DNA of 64,000 nt from Ranitomeya imitator (Eukaryota). The notes beneath the pieces were generated by a model that was given only the letters and a program-made list of their open reading frames with translations, did not search any database and was not told the DNA's origin. Location: NCBI RefSeq assembly GCF_032444005.1, contig NC_091286.1, positions 235,290,001 to 235,354,000 of the forward strand, read 5' to 3'. The position numbers and the translations under genes are program-made. Shown here one piece after another: positions 9,950-22,328 of this stretch (its first letter is position 1; every line of letters starts with the position of its first letter).

Positions 9950-11290
9950 GACAGTGACTTTGTACAGAAAGCACTGATAAGACTGTGTAGCCAAAAGTAG
10001 TATAGTGTAACCGGAGTGTGAATAATCTCCTGCATTTCACCAGCAAAACTGAAGGAAGGGGTATTTGTTGGTCTTCAGATCAGAGAGCTTATGAGAGATG
10101 ATGTGTTTGAAGAAACTCTAAAGGTACCTTCACACTGAGCGATGCTGCAGCGATACCGACAACGATGTCGGTAACCAGGGTAAACATCGGGTTACTAAGC
10201 GCAGGGCCGCGCTTAGTAACCCGATGTTTACCCTGGTTACCAGCGTAAAAGTTAAAAAAACAAACACTACATACTTGCCTTCCGCTGTCTGTCCCCCGGC
10301 GTTCTGCTTCTCTGCGCTGTGTAAGCACAGCGGTGACGTCACCGCTGTGCTTTCCGGCTGGCCGGCACTCACAGCCAGTGCAGGAAAGCACAGCGCCGGG
10401 GACAGACAGCGGAAGTTAAGTATGTAGTGTTTGTTTTTTTAACTTTTACGCTGGTAACCAGGGTAAACATCGGGTTACTAAGCGCGGCCCTGCGCTTAGT
10501 AACCCGATGTGTACCCTGGTTACCAGTGAAGACATCGCTGAATCGGCGTCACACACGCCGATTCAGCGATGTCTGCAGGGAGTCCAGCGACGAAACAAAG
10601 TTCTGGACTTTCTGCTCCGACCAACGACATCACAGCAGGATCCTGATCGCTGCTGCCTGTCAAACTGAACGATATCGCTAGCCAGGACGCTGCAACGTCA
10701 CTGATCGCTAGCGATATCGTTCAGTGTGAAGGTACCTTAAGTGATAAGGAATTGAGATCTTGGAAAAGCTTCAAGTGGATCTGTGAAAACTTTTTAGGAA
10801 AACAAAAATCTCCAGAATATGTTGAGGAACTGCTAAATGCATACCAGTGTCTTGGATGTCGCATGTTTCTGAAAATGCACTTTTTGCTATCACATTTAGA
10901 TTTCTTCCCTCAAAATCTTGGGAATGTAAGCGATGAACAAGGCGAGCAGTTTTACCAGGACGTTAAAGTAATGGAACACCGGTGGTACTAGGGTTTTTGG
11001 AATGACTCAATGATGGCAGATTACTGTTGGATGTTATATAGGGACAACCCTGCAATATTTTGTCAACGACAGTCTGATGTCAAGCACTGTTAATTTCTGC
11101 TCATATTTTGGTTTCTATTTTGCATGTGAAGTTGTTTTTTTCTGATATGTAAATTACTGTTTTCTTAATGTCGCCAGTATATTTCCTATACCTTATAATA
11201 ATGATGCAGCTCTATGGAAACTATACGTGCTACAGAAAAACTATATACATTTTTTAAATCAGGACAAAAAGATGATTCAGAAAAGTACAG
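9950..11290 (+). pseudogene. DNA-transposon transposase remnant, probably CMC/Chapaev-like, interrupted by a MITE
   Basis: Removing the MITE restores KLKEGVFVGLQIRELMRDDVFEETLSDKELRSWKSFKWICENFLG..KMHFLLSHLDFFPQNLGNVSDEQGEQF..MADYCWML; the HxxxH..E..GE pattern fits the CMC group; family assignment is from memory. Confidence 0.55.
10122..10737. mobile_element. PIF/Harbinger-type MITE (AGGTACC family)
   Basis: TAA|AGGTACCTTCACAC...GTGTGAAGGTACCT|TAA, a 3-bp TWA TSD; two internal GTAACCAGGG..CCCTGGTTAC hairpins. Confidence 0.85.
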
Positions 11291-11615
11291 TCACCTGCGA
11301 TGATTGCAAAAGATATTTTTTTTGTAGACCTGTGTTATACTTTAGAAATAAGTGGCATACTACTTTTCTCTGTCCAGATTCCCCCATGGACAGAGCAAGG
11401 ATTGGCCCCAATGAATGATAGTGAGGCTAATCATTGTGCTGAAGTAAAGCACACCCACAGTATACCCATTCGGACAATCTAAGTGTTCGTTCAGATTTCT
11501 TGCATGGATCTATCATAAGCAATTTTAGGATTTGCAATATGCAAACTTGACATGTAAACATACCCTAAAGGGAATCTGACTAAGATGCAGTAACAGACCA
11601 AGTTGCAGCCAAATA

Positions 11616-14201
11616 CCGTATATACTCAAGTATAAGCCAAGATTTTGAGCCCAAATTTTTAGGCTGAAAGTGCCCCTCTCGACTTATACTCGAGTCACGG
11701 TCGGCGGGTGAGGGGGAGAGAGCGTGGCGCATACTCACCTAGTCCCGGCGCTCCTCCTGCCCGTCCCACGGTCTTCGGTGCCGCAGCTCTTCCCCTGTTC
11801 AGCGGTCACATGGTACCGCTCATTAAAGTTATGAATATGGACTCCACTCCCATAGGGGTGTAGCTGCATATTTATTTCTCTAATGAGCGGTAACGGTGAC
11901 CGCTGACAGAGGAAGAGGCTACGGCACCCGGAGACCAGCTGTCCGGGGGAAGGAGCCAGGAACGCCGGGAGCAGGTAAGTATGTCATATTTACCTGTCCG
12001 CGTTCCACCCACCGGGCGCCGCTCCGTCTTCGCGTCCTCTTGCAGTGGACAGGTCAGAGGGCGCGATGACGTACTAGTGTGCGCCGCCCTCTGCCTGAAC
12101 AGTCAGTGCGGAGAGACGCCGAGACGGGACGCTGAGGAGCTGCAAGCAAGAGAGGTGAGTATGTCGTTTTTTTTTTTATTGCAGCAGCAGCATTATATAT
12201 TGCACAGATTTATGTGGAGCATCTATGGGGCAATAATCAACGGTGCAGAGCATTGTATATGGCACAGCTTTCTACGGAGCATCTATGGGGCCATACTGAA
12301 CGGTGCAGAGCATTATATATGGGGCAGCTTTATGTGGAACATCTATGGGGCCATACTGAACGGTGCAGAGCATTATATATGGCACAGCTTTATGTGGAGC
12401 ATCTGTGGGGCCATAATGAACGGTGCAGAGCATTATATGTGGCACAGCTAAATGTGGAGCATCTATAGGGCCATACTGAACGGTGCAGAGCATTATATAT
12501 GGCACAGCTTTATGTGGAGCATCTATGGGGCCATAATGAACGGTGCAGAGCATTATATATGGCACAGCTTTATGTGGAGCATCTATGGGGCCATACTGAA
12601 CGGTGCAGAGCATTATATATGGCACAGCTTTATGTGGAGCATCTATGGGGCCATACTGAACGGTGGAGAGCATTATATATGGCACAGCTTTATGTGGAGC
12701 ATCTATGGGGCCATAATGAACTGTGCGGAGCATTATATATGGCACAGCATTATATGGAGCATCTATGGGGCCATAATGAACGATGCAGCAGCATTATATA
12801 TGGCACAGCATTATATGGAGCATCTATGGGGCCATAATGAACGGTGCAGAGCATTCCATATAGCACAGCTTTATGTGGAGCATCTATGGGGCCATAATGA
12901 ACGGTGCAGAGCATTATATATGGCACAGCTTTATAAGGAGCATCTATGGGGCCATAATGAACGGTGCAAAGCATTATATATGGCACAGCTTTATAAGGAG
13001 CATCTATGGGGCCATAATGAACGGTGCAGAGCATTATATATGGCACAGCTTTATATGGAGCATCTATGGGGCACTAATGAACAGTGCAGAGCATTATATG
13101 TGGCACAGCTTTATGTGGAGCATCTATGGGGCCATAATGATTGGTGCAGAGCATTATATATGGCACAGCTTTATGTGGAGCATCTATGGGGCCATAATGA
13201 TTGGTGCAGAGCATTATATATGGCACAGCTTTATGTGGAGCATCTATGGGGCCATAATGAACGGTGCAGAGCATTATATATGGCACAGCTTTATGTGGAG
13301 CATCTATGGGGCCATAATGAACGGTGCAGAGCATTATATATGGCACAGCTTTATGTGGAGCATCTATGGGGCCATAATGAACGGTGCAGAGCATTATATA
13401 TGTGGCACAGCTTTATAAGGAGCATCTATGGGGCCATAATGAACGGTGCAGAGCATTATATATGGCACAGCTTCATGTGGAGCATCTATGGGGCCATAAT
13501 GAACGGAGCAGAGCATTATATATGGCACAGCTTTATGTGGAGCATCTATGGGGCCATACTGAACGGAACAGAGCATTATATATGGCACAGCTTTATGTGG
13601 AGCATCTATGGGGCCATAATGAACGGTGCAGAGCATTATATATAGCACAGCTTTATGTGGAGCATCTATGGGGCCATAATGAACGGTGCAAAGCATTATA
13701 TATGGCACAGCTTTATGTGGAGCATCTATGGGGCCATAATGATTGGTGCAGAGCATTATATATGGCACAGCTTTATGTGGAGCATCTATGGGGCCATACT
13801 GAACGGTGCAGAGCATTATAAATGGCACAGCTTTATATGGAGCATCTATGGGGCCATACTGAACGGTGCAGAGCATTATAAATGGCACAGCTTTATATGG
13901 AGCATCTATGGGGCCATAATGAACAGTGCAGAGCATTATATATGGCACAGGTTTCTATGGAACATCTATGGGGCCATAATGAATGGTATGGAGCATTATA
14001 TATGGCACAGCTTTATGTGGAGCATCTATGGGGCCATAATGAACGGTATGGAGCATCTATTTTTATTTTTGAACTTCACCGGTAGCTGTTGCATTTTCCA
14101 CCCAAGGCTTATACTCGAGTCAATAAGTTTTCCCAGTTTTTTGTGGCAAAATTAGGGGGTCGGCTTATACTCAGGTCGGCTTATACTCGAGTATATACAG
14201 G
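11616..14201. mobile_element. Tc2/pogo-like non-autonomous element carrying a 60-bp minisatellite
   Basis: TA|CCGTATATACTC..TATAAGCC and GGCTTATACTCGAGTATATAC(A)GG|TA termini; same family as 32946-34185 and 51549-53151. Confidence 0.8.
12191..14055. repeat. 60-bp minisatellite, about 31 units
   Basis: Unit CATTATATATGGCACAGCTTTATGTGGAGCATCTATGGGGCCATAATGAACGGTGCAGAG, with occasional 1-bp indels. Confidence 0.97.
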
Positions 14202-17135
14202 TATACGGCACATAGACCTAAATAGCATGCGATTTAGTGACTATATGTAAGCTGTGGCTTTAATGTATTAAATTAAAGGGGTTTTCCAGTTTCAGAAAAA
14301 CCCTGTCCCCAGGCACATGTTGTTTACATAAAATAATAAAAAAACAAATTCTGCCTTCCTTCTCACCCCCAGGTCCAGTGCTGAGCCTCCACCAATGCTT
14401 CCAGTGTGCGTTATTGTCTGCAGTGCTGATGTCATGTTGCCAGCCAAACCGGTAACCTCAGAAGTTCTGCCGTACAAGCTTCTCAGAGCTGCTGAGCTGA
14501 CTGATTGGCTGCAGCTCTGATGTGATGTCAGCACTGCAGACAATAAAATACTAGGAGTTGTGATGGAGACTCCGAGTTTGATCAAATAGGGTGCGTAAAG
14601 CACAGTTGTTTTGCCTTTTTTTTTTTTTTTTTTTTAAATATAAAGCAACATTACAACTTTTTTTAACTTTTTATTTCAGTGTTGGAGTGGTTTCACTAAT
14701 CTAAGTTTCCTGCCCCTAGTGTTATGCTTACCAGCCACCGTCTTCATCTTTTATCGGCATCGCTTCGGTTGGTCTCCAGCAGTTTATGACCCGCTGGATT
14801 GCTCCAGTGTTTGTTGGGCGAGTCGTAGGTCACTACTCCATGTAAATCTATGAGGGCCAGAACGAGTTTCCCATAGACTTAAACTGAGAGCTTGTGACTA
14901 TTACCTCTGACTTCCGGTCAGTCAGAAGTTGCAGTCACCAGATGGCGCGGAACCATAGCTGTGCTGGGAACAGCTGAGGACACTGTTACAAGGGTCAGGA
15001 AACTTTTGATTTGCGTCACCACAAATCGAACGCTGAAATTTAAAGAAACGAAAAAAATAACACTGGAGTCTATGGCATAGTGATTTTCTGAACTCAAAGC
15101 ACTTTTAAATAAGTATTAATCCCATTTAACAGAGCCAAAGTCCTTTCCATAATCCTGAAGAAAAACAATCCGTAAATTCATTTGTATGTGGATGAAGAAG
15201 ATGCTGTATGTGAATGTCCTACACTAAAGCCTGATGACACGGTGTCTATGGAAGTACTTTCTTTGTTTTCTATCTATAAAAAAGTGTATGATAAAGACTG
15301 CTATATATTTGTATTCTAATAGGAGGCATAGTAATGCGATGCTGCTGTGTGTTTCTAAGCATGCTGAATGTCCCCAGCCTTTATTATACCCCGCCACGGC
15401 TCGTGAAAGGTTTCCATGTTGCAATCCAGGGTGGAACCAGTGGGTTGGGTTTAGATTTACCTTGGCTCTGCTGATTGGTGGAGTCTCAAGTGCCGGACAT
15501 TCTTGGGTCACAAATAGTGCATCTGTTTGAAATATACTTAAGTTACCTCAGTGTTAGCAGTTTTGCAAAAGGAACTAGAATTTTTGTGGTTTTCAATATC
15601 GTATACTTACATTTTTTTGTGTGTGTGTTTTGCCTTGCGCTTTTTTTTCTACTTTTTTTATATAGTCAAATTGTGACTTAAACTTATTGTATAAGATATT
15701 TTGCATACTAGGTGTGCTACTAAGGCAAGCTCACGTAATTCAGTGTGTTTTAGCTCATTTGTTTTTCATTTGCATTTCAGCTATTTTGTGCCAATGCCAG
15801 GTGTCTTTAATGAAATGCTTTAGAAGACCTCTAGTGCTCATTCAGACATCCGTTTTTCTCATAGGAGTTCTATCCTTGTTTTTTCCACGGATGGTACTCA
15901 TACCTATTATGGTCTATGAAGCTGTTCACGTGTCCGTTTATTCTTACAGACTGAGTGGTCCACAAAAGAAATTCCGAAGACATGTTTGATTTTGATCTGA
16001 GTCCTGATTCATACTCTCCAAGGCCCCAATTCATCTGTTGGTCACGCAGGTCTTGATGAGGAGGTGTGTTGGAGTCTTACATTCCGGATTCATGAAGGAG
16101 CGTATACCTCTTCATGAATAAAACAAAAAAATATTCAGCCAGAGCACATGATGGTAGAAGTGCAATGTATAGGTGTGCATTCACACTGTGTGGCCATTTA
16201 ACAAGCATAACTGATTTTTTTTTTATAAATAGAGCAAATATCCTGTAATATGTAAATAGTAATAGTACAAGTAAATAACATAGGGTACTTAGTTCACATT
16301 GTTTTGTTAAAAAAAAAAAAAAATGAAAAGGCCATCGCACCACGACAATATGTACCCCATTCGGGGCCGTGCCGAAGTCTTGTAGTTCACTGAGTCAGCA
16401 GACGTGAAAATAGACAGGGACAGAGTAGGACCTACGTCCCGACTGTTCAGACACCCACCGGTGCAAAGCCATATAGGCAAAATGAACAGCCAAATGAAAT
16501 GAATAATGAGCGTCAGATGAGTGGTGTGCACCAGATGCCTCTGCAGGAATAAGATTTGTGGCATAGCAAACCCCACCACTCATCATGAATTTGACGAGCA
16601 ATGGTCGCCACACCATCGTCCTACCCGGCTCCACATATTTTATCAGGGCTGGTGCAAAAAATGGCATGAGAACCCCAAAAGTCGCCAAATGCAGCCTTAG
16701 GTTGCGCAAACATTTTTGCAAATTTCCAAAGCTTTTTACCACAGCATACTATCTTAAGAGCTTTGATGAATCGGGCCCAAAGAGTCCATGAAAAAAATAC
16801 GTTAGCAGTCTGATGCCATTCGTTTGCTGTCCATTTTTTATGGATTGTGTGATATGAGAAACTTGAGCTACCGTCATCATGGTTTTTATTTTTCCAATAC
16901 AAGAAAAACTGCTAACATTCTTAGGCCGGCGTCACACACAGCGTAAAACAATACGGTCCGTATATTACGGCCGTAATACGCTGAAAAGTCCCGAAAAAAG
17001 TGGTCCGTAGCTCCTCCGTAGGCAGGGTGTGTCAGCGTTTTTTGCGCATGGCATCCTCCGTATGTAATCCGTATGGCATCCGTACTGCGTGGTTTTCTCG
17101 CAGGCTAGCAAAACCAACATACCGCTATAGAAGTG

Positions 17136-17292
17136 NNNNNNNNNNNNNNNNNNNNNNNNNNNNNNNNNNNNNNNNNNNNNNNNNNNNNNNNNNNNNNNNN
17201 NNNNNNNNNNNNNNNNNNNNNNNNNNNNNNNNNNNNNNNNNNNNNNNNNNNNNNNNNNNNNNNNNNNNNNNNNNNNNNNNNNNNNNNNNNNN
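17136..17292. other. Assembly gap (157 N)
   Basis: Run of N. Confidence 1.
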
Positions 17293-19411
17293 TTAGAGAG
17301 AAAAGCCGGTAATTCAGTGCGGTGTACAGTAAAATCACACTGACAGCTTACAGTAGAATAGGTAGAATAAATGTGTACACACAGAATAGGTATATATATA
17401 TATGTCAGTGAGACACATATATGTATATATATTAATATTTATTCCAGCGCTATACAGCTTGAAAGCCGGTAATTCAATTACCGGCTTTTTCTTTCTCCTT
17501 CCTAAAACCCGACATGATTTGAGACATGGTTTACATACAGTAAACCATGTCTTCTCTCCATTTTTTTTGCAGATTCCACACTACTAATGTCAGTAGTGTG
17601 TATCTGCAAAATTTGGCCGTTCTAGCTCTTAAAATAAAGGGTTAAATGGCGGAAAAAATTGGCGTGGGCTCCCGCGCAATTTTCTCCGCCAGAGTAGTAA
17701 AGCCAGTGACTGAGGGCAGATATTAATAGCCTGGAGAGGGTCCACGGTTATTGGCCCCCCCCTGGCTAAAAATATCTGCCCCCAGCCACCCCAGAAAAGG
17801 CACATCTGGAAGATGCGCCTATTCTGGCACTTGGCCACTCTCTTCCCATTCCCGTGTAGCGGTGGGATATGGGGTAATGAAGGGTTAATGCCACCTTGCT
17901 ATTGTAAGGTGACATTAAGCCTAATTAATAATGGAGAGGCGTCAATTATGACACCTATCCATTATTAATCCAATTGTAGTGAAGGGTTAAATAAAACACA
18001 AACACATTATTTAAAATTATTTTAATGAAATAAAAACAATGGTTGTTGCAGTATTTTATTCAACGCCCAATCCAGTCACTGAAGACCCTCGTTCTGTGAG
18101 TAAAAAAACATAATAAACCAACAATATACTTACCCTCCGCAGATCTGTAACGTCCAACGATGTAAATCCTTCTGAAGGGGTTAAAACATTTTGCAGCAAG
18201 GAGCTGTGCTAATGCAGGCTGCTCCTCGCTGCAAAACCCCAGGGAATGAGGCTAAAAATAGATCAATGATCTATATTTAGCTTCATTTGCGGTGAGGCGC
18301 CCTCTGCTGGCTGTTCATAGATCGTGGGGAATTACCTAGAAAGCTCCCTGGCTTTCTAGATCATTTCCCACGATCTATGAACAGCCAGCAGAGGGCGCCT
18401 CACCGCAAATGAAGCTAAATATAGATCATTGATCTATTTTTAGCCTCATTCCCTGGGGTTTTGCAGCGAGGAGCAGCCTGCATTAGCACAGCTCCTTGCT
18501 GCAAAATGTTTTAACCCCTTCAGAAGGATTTACATCGTTGGACGTTACAGATCTGCGGAGGGTAAGTATATTGTTGGTTTATTATGTTTTTTTACTCACA
18601 GAACGAGGGTCTTCAGTGACTGGATTGGGCGTTGAATAAAATACTGCAACAACCATTGTTTTTATTTCATTAAAATAATTTTAAATAATGTGTTTGTGTT
18701 TTATTTAACCCTTCACTACAATTGGATTAATAATGGATAGGTGTCATAATTGACGCCTCTCCATTATTAATTAGGCTTAATGTCACCTTACAATAGCAAG
18801 GTGGCATTAACCCTTCATTACCCCATATCCCACCGCTACACGGGAATGGGAAGAGAGTGGCCAAGTGCCAGAATAGGCGCATCTTCCAGATGTGCCTTTT
18901 CTGGGGTGGCTGGGGGCAGATATTTTTAGCCAGGGGGGGGCCAATAACCGTGGACCCTCTCCAGGCTATTAATATCTGCCCTCAGTCACTGGCTTTACTA
19001 CTCTGGCGGAGAAAATTGCGCGGGAGCCCACGCCAATTTTTTCCGCCATTTAACCCTTTATTTTAAGAGCTAGAACGGCCAAATTTTGCAGATACACACT
19101 ACTGACATTAGTAGTGTGGAATCTGCAAAAAAAAATGGAGAGAAGACATGGTTTACTGTATGTAAACCATGTCTCAAATCATGTCGGGTTTTAGGAAGGA
19201 GAAAGAAAAAGCCGGTAATTGAATTACCGGCTTTCAAGCTGTATAGCGCTGGAATAAATATTAATATATATACATATATGTGTCTCACTGACATATATAT
19301 ATATATATATATACCTATTCTATGTGTACACATTTATTCTACCTATTGGACTGTAAGCTGTCAGTGTGATTTTACTGTACACCGCACTGAATTGCCGGCT
19401 TTTCTCTCTAA
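17293..19411. repeat. ~2.1-kb near-perfect inverted repeat (arms of at least 1.05 kb, centre ~18345-18350)
   Basis: CTAGAAAGC-TCCCTG-GCTTTCTAG at the centre; arms match by reverse complement out to 17293/19411; identical 69-aa ORFs at 17629-17838(-) and 18857-19066(+). Confidence 0.95.
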
Positions 19412-21127
19412 CAGCGCTGCGTATTTCTCGCAAGTCACACTGCTTGTCCGTGTGTAATCCGTATTTTTCACGCTTCCATAGACTTTCATTGGCGTATTTC
19501 TTGCGCAGTACGGTGACAAACGCAGCATGCTGCGATTTTGTACGGCCGTAGAAAGCCGTATAATACTGATCAGTAAAATACGGCAAATAGGAGCAGGGGC
19601 ATAGAGAATAATTGTGCCGTATTTTTTGCGAGTTTTACGGACGTAGATTCTGCGCTCTTACGTCCGTAAAACTCGCAAGTGTGACGCCGGCCTTATAGTA
19701 AAAACTGACGCACTGATGAAAATGTTATCTAAAACACTGATACTCTGATTTTTTTTTAAACATTGGAAAATCACTGATGTCTGAATATGCCATAATGCTG
19801 CCTATGTAGACTTTACTGAGCTCTAACAGCAAGATTAGAATTTTTTTCTCTAAGAACTACTGTCTGAGAAGTATTAACCTTCTACTCATCTTTTTAGACT
19901 TTGGGGTGGAGGGGACCCTTTAGTATCTGGTTCGCTGGAAGCATCATCATAGCCACAAATGTTGTTGGGTCATATTGCTGTGAAATTGATCAGTTCCATC
20001 AGTGTCAGACTGGGGTGGTAAGAGGCCAAAAGTAACACGGACTCTTGGGATCCACTGTTCACCTACATGGAATTATTGCATTACCCTCATTCACAAGTTT
20101 ACCTCTGCTTCTATATAATAATGAACTAGGTAGTTTAATGAATGACGAGATGCTGTTTTTGTCTGTACATCGTGAATCATATATATTGAGCCAACTGCTG
20201 CACATGCAGTCGGGTAACTCCTGCCCAGGGGCCCATCGGGGGATCGCCCTGCTTACCTGAGGGCCAGTCTGAGACTGATTCCCTCTTTGCTGACAGTGTT
20301 CAAGCACTGTGCTTGAGTGATGTGAATCCAAGCACTCTTCATTTGCCTTGACTTGTGATATCATCTGCAGAAATTCCGCCATTGGTAGTTAATGCTTGTG
20401 AACAATTTCAGCTTGCCCGATGCTATAAAAAAAACAGTGCTTCTCAGGATTGCAGCGAGATGACCATCATGGGCTACGTCCTAAAGAACTGCTGAGTCAT
20501 TGGCAGCTGTGTGCATTTGCTGTTGAGATGAGGCATTCTTTTGCAATCAGGTGGGTTTATCCCATAGTGACCATCAAAACCTCTTTCCTGACCTGAGCTT
20601 CAGGACAACGGCATCCACCAACAGGTGAAAATGCAGTACACTATAGCGAACACCCTGCGGCATCAGCCACGATCAGTATTTGCACTGAACATGGCTGTTT
20701 AACCCCTTAGGTGCTGCTGACAACAGGGACTATGGCATCCAGATGGTTAACAGATTGTGAGCACCGTGGAATATTGATGCCAGCGGACCAGCAGTAGAAA
20801 CAGCAGTGAATACATTGGAATGGCATAGATACAAGGAAGCGAGTACAGTTTTTTTTTTTTTGTTTTTTACATTAGTGTCGCTCATTCTGAAAAAAGTTGA
20901 AAACCCCTATTTTTTTTCTTCATTTATTTACAGGATCCAATTACTCAGTCTGTATCATAACCCTTATATCATAGCCAGAGTAAGGGTATACTCACTTGTT
21001 GTGTTCTTGCAAAAAAAAAAGAAACGGAGCTTTTTATTGTACCAGCAAAGTCCATAAGATTTCTGAAAACTCACGCACACACTGCTTATTTTTTTTTCTT
21101 GCAGATTGGCAGTTTCTCCTATTAAAA

Positions 21128-21316
21128 NNNNNNNNNNNNNNNNNNNNNNNNNNNNNNNNNNNNNNNNNNNNNNNNNNNNNNNNNNNNNNNNNNNNNNNNN
21201 NNNNNNNNNNNNNNNNNNNNNNNNNNNNNNNNNNNNNNNNNNNNNNNNNNNNNNNNNNNNNNNNNNNNNNNNNNNNNNNNNNNNNNNNNNNNNNNNNNNN
21301 NNNNNNNNNNNNNNNN
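21128..21316. other. Assembly gap (189 N)
   Basis: Run of N. Confidence 1.
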
Positions 21317-21830
21317 TCTAAAGAATCGGGAGTCTAGAATCCATATATACTTTATTTATTCAAATGTAAGAATAATACAATTAATAAATAATAGTAAGAA
21401 AGAACAAAAATAATAGGCTGTATATGGAGAAAACACCAAACAAAAGTTCAAAATTGGTGTGAAAATGTCGCTGAACCACTTCACAACTAAATATATATAG
21501 TTTTGGTAAATGGTATTATCATTTTTTTGACGAAATTCGGCAGGAGCTTGAAGAGCAACGTCACTGGGCCCGCCTCCACGCAGTAGAAACTTGCTGTGAG
21601 GTAAAAATTCAAAAATCATACCAAAATGGCGGGCGGAGTGTGTCACAGTACGGCACGTTTCTGATTGGTCGCTCGCAGCAGGCGGCAACCAATCAGACAC
21701 TGGACACTGTTGACGTCACTTATCTCCGGACGTTAGCTCCGGACATTAGCTCCGGACATTAGCTCCGGACAAAGCCACGGAAGTTGGCACAAATTGCAGG
21801 AAGTAGTATTCTAGGCAATTATATATTAGA
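21317..21830 (-). mobile_element. Probable non-autonomous Helitron, 5' portion
   Basis: Minus strand starts A|TCTAATATATAATTGCC, a Helitron-like 5' TC terminus; contains a short tandem of CATTAGCTCCGG; no 3' CTRR end seen before the gap. Confidence 0.5.
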
Positions 21831-21953
21831 TATTTATAATATACCATATCATAGTTTGTGCAGCTTTTTTCTTTCCAACACTCAAATATATGCAGCAGAT
21901 TTTTCTATAGCAAATACTGATCGTGTTCACATAGCCTAAAGGTTGTCTAGTTA

Positions 21954-22328
21954 GGGTATGTGCACACGTTCAGGATTTCTTGCAGAAATTTCCTGAGCAA
22001 AACTGGACATTTTCTGCAAGAAATCCGCATGCATTTTACTTGCGTTTTTTACTGCGTTTTTGGTGCGTTTTTTTTTTTTGCGCCTTTTTCCAGAGGTTCC
22101 CAATGCAATAATATAATGGGAAATCCGCAAAAAAATCCGCAAAAATAATGAACATGCTGCGTTTTTTACCGCGATGCATTTTTTTTGCTGAAAAAAACGC
22201 ATCATGTGCACAAAAATTGCGGAATGCATTCTAAATGATGGGATGCATAATATATGCAGTTTTTTCGCATTTTTATAGCGAAAAAATGCGACAAAACACA
22301 AAAAAATCTGCAACGTGTGCACACAGCC
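21954..22328. mobile_element. Harbinger-type MITE
   Basis: TTA|GGGTATGTGCACACG ... CGTGTGCACACAGCC|TTA. Confidence 0.85.

Larger units (their letters stand above)
16924..19692. mobile_element. Harbinger-type non-autonomous element containing a large foldback
   Basis: TTA|GGCCGGCGTCACAC ... GTGTGACGCCGGCC|TTA, giving a 14-bp TIR and a TTA TSD; spans an N-gap. Confidence 0.8.

Noticed and set aside
12191-14155. Long ORFs (up to 397 aa) with repeating WHSFMWSIYGAIMNGAEHYI / MAQLYVEHLWGHNERCRALY, and a CRISPR-like look
   Set aside because: Products of a head-to-tail 60-bp repeat open in several frames on both strands; no unique spacers, no cas genes, eukaryotic context
14270-16900. Fragments resembling several old MITEs
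   Set aside because: Ends and TSDs could not be paired; left unannotated (likewise 23720-25000, 46680-47110, 48660-49000, 62590-62730)
17629-19066. Two identical 69-aa ORFs on opposite strands
   Set aside because: Mirror images in the foldback arms; no protein features
17293-19411. Foldback as a pure assembly artefact
   Set aside because: The arms differ at several positions and in microsatellite length and sit inside matched TIRs with a TSD; not fully excluded without reads
20000-20277. hAT-like TIR pair CAGTGTCAGACTGG..CCAGTCTGAGACTG
   Set aside because: Flanking 8-mers (AGTTCCAT / ATTCCCTC) do not form a convincing TSD; probably an old MITE, not annotated
17000-21337. ORFs containing long X runs
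   Set aside because: Artefacts of the N-gaps
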